From Saprospiraceae bacterium (lineage in GTDB: Bacteria > Bacteroidota > Bacteroidia > Chitinophagales > Saprospiraceae), in NCBI GenBank assembly GCA_023299965.1, contig JALZVN010000329.1:1-37930 (forward strand): a DNA stretch of 37,930 nt, written 5' to 3'. The notes under the pieces are model-generated. The model did not search any database. It had not been told where the DNA came from and saw only the letters and a program-made list of their open reading frames with translations. Of the stretch, positions 35,294 through 37,930 are shown in pieces (position 1 is the stretch's first letter; each line of letters opens with the position of its first letter). Made by a program: the position numbers and the translations under genes.

Positions 35294-37363
35294 GTGCAGT
35301 TAGAGAAAAAGGCAATTATAGTATTAGTGTTATGCTTATTTGGTCAAATGGTTTTCGGTCAAATAAATATGCAAGATGGTTTTTCAATGCTTGAAGGAGG
35401 AGAATTTTCAGAAGCAAAAGAATTCTTTGAAAATGTACTCAGTAAGGAGCCTAATAACAAAACAGCTCAAATCTGTTATGCTCGTGCTCAAGGCCTATCT
35501 GGAGAAAAAAAGGCAGCCTTAGAAGAATTCAAACATCTACAGATTCATCATCCCGGAGACTTTGAAATACTATTAAATCTTGCAGAAGCATTCATGTGGA
35601 ATGAAAGATATGGAGAAGCTTCACAACTCTATGGAGAGTTGATAGAAATAGACTCAAGTAGCTTTGTTGCCAATCTAGGTTTCGCAAATGCAAATGCAGC
35701 CTTAAAAAATAACGATACAGCGCTTCAATATATTGACAAGTCGTTAGAAGTTGACCCCACAAACCCCAATGCTATTATTAGTAAGAAATACATATTACTT
35801 GCCATGTCTTCTGATTATAGAAATAAATTGAGCTACGATACTTCTATGATGCACTTGGATACTATCCTTGCCAGCCATCCAGATGATAAAGAAGCATTGC
35901 TGAATAAGGCTGTCAATTATTTATGGATGGATAAGCCACACAAAGCCAATAAGATCTATCAAGAAATTACGGATAAAGGGATTGAACCTTTAGAGGGAAA
36001 TATTGGACTTTCATATACTAACGTATTGCTTCATCAAAAATCTCAGGCACAAAGTTATGCTGAAATAGCCATGCTATTGGCTGAGAATCCAGATATCAGT
36101 AGAGCTAATAAAATCAGAGCTGGTGTGAATATGGTCAATGCATTAGGCTTTGACAGAAAATATAGTGAGGCACACAGTTTAATAGATTCTTTAATGCTCA
36201 GATTTGGAGAAGAAGAGAAAGACTTGATCTTAGCAAGAGGAAGGATGTTTGTCTGGGACAATGATACAGATAAGGGTTTAAAATATTATAATTTTCTTGA
36301 CAGTACATATGCACCATCTTTTGAAGTAAAGATGGGGTTAGCGGAAGCTAAACGAGGTGAAAAGAAATATAAAGAATCCGTGGACTATATTAATCAAGCG
36401 TTGGAGATTGTCCCCAACCAACCTGACGCGCTACGGTTAAGGGAAGTGGTAAAAGATGAATACCGACCTAAACTCACTTTAGATTACATGTATGCTCAAG
36501 ATGTTGGTGATAATTTTGCTTATGTAAGTCAAGCCAAATTTGAAGTCGGCGATAAGGGACGTTTTAGAACATTTATTCACTTTACTAATAGAAGACTTGA
36601 ACAAGTGAGCGAAGCGAATACGGCCAAAGCGAATAGTATAACCATTGGAACAAAATTTCAAGCAAACAAGAAATTAAGCTTTTTTGGGCATATAACCCCT
36701 TTTCAAAGTACAGATGGAGATGGGTCGACCATTGGAAAAGAAATATTACTAAACACTGGTGTAGAATATGATATAAACAAAAGTCAAACTGCAGGGTATT
36801 CATTTTCTCAAGAGATACATAATTACAATGCAGATCTACTTAGGGCTAATATCACTATGAACCATCATACCTTCTTTTACCATATAAGAACTCCATATAA
36901 GATTGGCTTATATACTCAGTTCATTAGCACAAATCAGAGTGATGGAAATTTAAGAAATTTATTGTATGCTTCTCTTTATTACAATTTAGTTGAGATTCCA
37001 TTTATAAGGTTTGGGGTTAACTATAATGTAATGACTCATCGAGATCAATTTCCACTACTCTACTTTAGTCCAGACTACTTTCAAAATGTAGAAGGGTTTA
37101 TAAACATCAACAATATAGAAAGGCGTAAGAATAAAATAATCTTTGACTTAACAGCTGCTTTCGGGCAGCAAACTACTAGAGAATCCCCTGCAGAATTAAC
37201 CAGAAGAATAGAAGCTAAATTAGGATTCAGATTTAATGAAAGTAGTTATATCCTAGGATACTATCGCCATAGTAATGCATCACAAGCTACAGTTACTGGA
37301 TTTAGCTATACTGCCATTGGACTACAAGGTGTGTACACATTTAGAAAAGCTAATAAAAAGTAA
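35294..37363 (+). CDS. Outer-membrane TPR + C-terminal beta-barrel protein (PgaA/PelB/BcsC-like polysaccharide export scaffold-porin architecture)
   Basis: GTG start and signal peptide (IIVLVLCLFGQMVFGQ), then ~380 aa of TPR-like repeats. The following ~300 aa have alternating-hydrophobic strands rich in Y/F/G/N, ending ...GLQGVYTF-RKANKK. Confidence 0.6.
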   Translation: MQLEKKAIIVLVLCLFGQMVFGQINMQDGFSMLEGGEFSEAKEFFENVLSKEPNNKTAQICYARAQGLSGEKKAALEEFKHLQIHHPGDFEILLNLAEAFMWNERYGEASQLYGELIEIDSSSFVANLGFANANAALKNNDTALQYIDKSLEVDPTNPNAIISKKYILLAMSSDYRNKLSYDTSMMHLDTILASHPDDKEALLNKAVNYLWMDKPHKANKIYQEITDKGIEPLEGNIGLSYTNVLLHQKSQAQSYAEIAMLLAENPDISRANKIRAGVNMVNALGFDRKYSEAHSLIDSLMLRFGEEEKDLILARGRMFVWDNDTDKGLKYYNFLDSTYAPSFEVKMGLAEAKRGEKKYKESVDYINQALEIVPNQPDALRLREVVKDEYRPKLTLDYMYAQDVGDNFAYVSQAKFEVGDKGRFRTFIHFTNRRLEQVSEANTAKANSITIGTKFQANKKLSFFGHITPFQSTDGDGSTIGKEILLNTGVEYDINKSQTAGYSFSQEIHNYNADLLRANITMNHHTFFYHIRTPYKIGLYTQFISTNQSDGNLRNLLYASLYYNLVEIPFIRFGVNYNVMTHRDQFPLLYFSPDYFQNVEGFININNIERRKNKIIFDLTAAFGQQTTRESPAELTRRIEAKLGFRFNESSYILGYYRHSNASQATVTGFSYTAIGLQGVYTFRKANKK

Positions 37364-37364
37364 T

Positions 37365-37682
37365 ATGCTTACCATAATAAACAATAAGATCGGAGATAAA
37401 CAGATCACTAAACTCAAAGGTAGGTTATGTGGTATTGATGCATTAGGCATGAGAGAAGACATCAATTTACTCCTTAAGGAAGAAACGAATCATTTTCATC
37501 TAGATCTCATTGAAGTATCTGATATGGATTTAACTGGATTTAACGCAATTGTAATGCTAAAAAAAGAACTAGACAATAGAGGAAAGGAATTGTTACTTAT
37601 TGCATCAAAGGAGAATTCTGTTCACGAATATATACATCTCAGCAAGTTATCATTTCATTGTTTACAAGCTAATAGTCATTAA
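37365..37682 (+). CDS. Single-domain STAS protein (anti-sigma-factor-antagonist fold)
   Basis: LKGRLCGIDALGMREDINLLL...HLDLIEVSDMDLTGFNAIVMLKKELDNRGKELLLI aligns with the SpoIIAA/RsbV pattern. ATG 37365 lies 1 nt after the upstream stop; the raw ORF start (37275) overlaps the barrel gene. Confidence 0.65.
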   Translation: MLTIINNKIGDKQITKLKGRLCGIDALGMREDINLLLKEETNHFHLDLIEVSDMDLTGFNAIVMLKKELDNRGKELLLIASKENSVHEYIHLSKLSFHCLQANSH

Positions 37683-37695
37683 TATTTAAGTAAGA

Positions 37696-37930
37696 ATGAA
37701 AAAATGGTTTGATAAATTTGGAGAAGGTGGTTTTCTATTCTTAAGCACCTTGATTGTAAACATAGGTAACTATGGTTTAAATCTATTGCTTGGTCGATAT
37801 CTTGGCCCAGAGGAGTTTGCGGCAGCAAATATACTAACTACCATAGTACTCGTACTATCCTTTACTGCTTTAGGTTTTCAATTAGCAACAGCAAAGTTTG
37901 TAGCAACTTATCAGGCGGAAGGACTGCAAG
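37696..37930 (+). CDS. Polysaccharide flippase-like MOP/PST family membrane protein, N-terminal part (runs off the window)
   Basis: MKKWFDKFGEGGFLFLSTLIVNIGNYGLNLLLGRYLGPEEFAAANILTTIVLVLSF... is the usual N-terminus of Wzx/PST (also PelG-like) transporters. The frame is still open at the window edge. Confidence 0.55.
   Translation, partial: MKKWFDKFGEGGFLFLSTLIVNIGNYGLNLLLGRYLGPEEFAAANILTTIVLVLSFTALGFQLATAKFVATYQAEGLQ

Noticed and set aside
1-37930. Search for CRISPR arrays, tRNA/rRNA genes, IS elements, integrases, prophage or defence-island signatures.
   Set aside because: I saw no regularly spaced direct repeats, no tRNA-like T-arm/acceptor patterns in the spacers, no transposase, integrase or phage-like ORFs, and no nuclease, ATPase or methylase gene clusters typical of defence systems.

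Overview
AT-rich, gene-dense chromosomal segment whose content points to Bacteroidota: a T9SS C-terminal sorting domain, DUF1573, a fused E1 alpha/beta dehydrogenase, a TPR-His_kinase/LytTR pair and many lipoprotein-type signal peptides. It holds about 30 protein genes, mostly housekeeping or envelope related (yaaA, tex, pbpC, kdsA, hemL, hemJ, eda, a Kv-type channel, a MATE pump, an S1 protease, a VWA lipoprotein, an esterase). I saw no rRNA, tRNA, CRISPR array, transposase, integrase or recognisable defence gene. Five things deserve a second look. (1) An unannotated 45-aa double-glycine-leader peptide gene (13485-13622, minus strand) sits with its own terminator between a LytTR response regulator and a TPR histidine kinase that has no transmembrane segment. 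This is a candidate peptide-signalling or bacteriocin-induction cassette of the kind characterised in Firmicutes but, to my knowledge, not in Bacteroidota. (2) A family of GC-rich, hairpin-dense intergenic elements occurs at five or more loci, with shared sequence boxes and stems that differ in sequence but not position. (3) A probable exopolysaccharide export locus begins near the right edge (TPR + beta-barrel protein, translationally coupled STAS protein, MOP-type flippase), just behind a large T9SS cargo protein with Cys/Asp-rich repeats. (4) There is a decayed DUF1801-like pseudogene. (5) Several raw-ORF start codons look over-extended and are corrected below. All functional calls rest on motifs I read in the translations; nothing was verified by database search.
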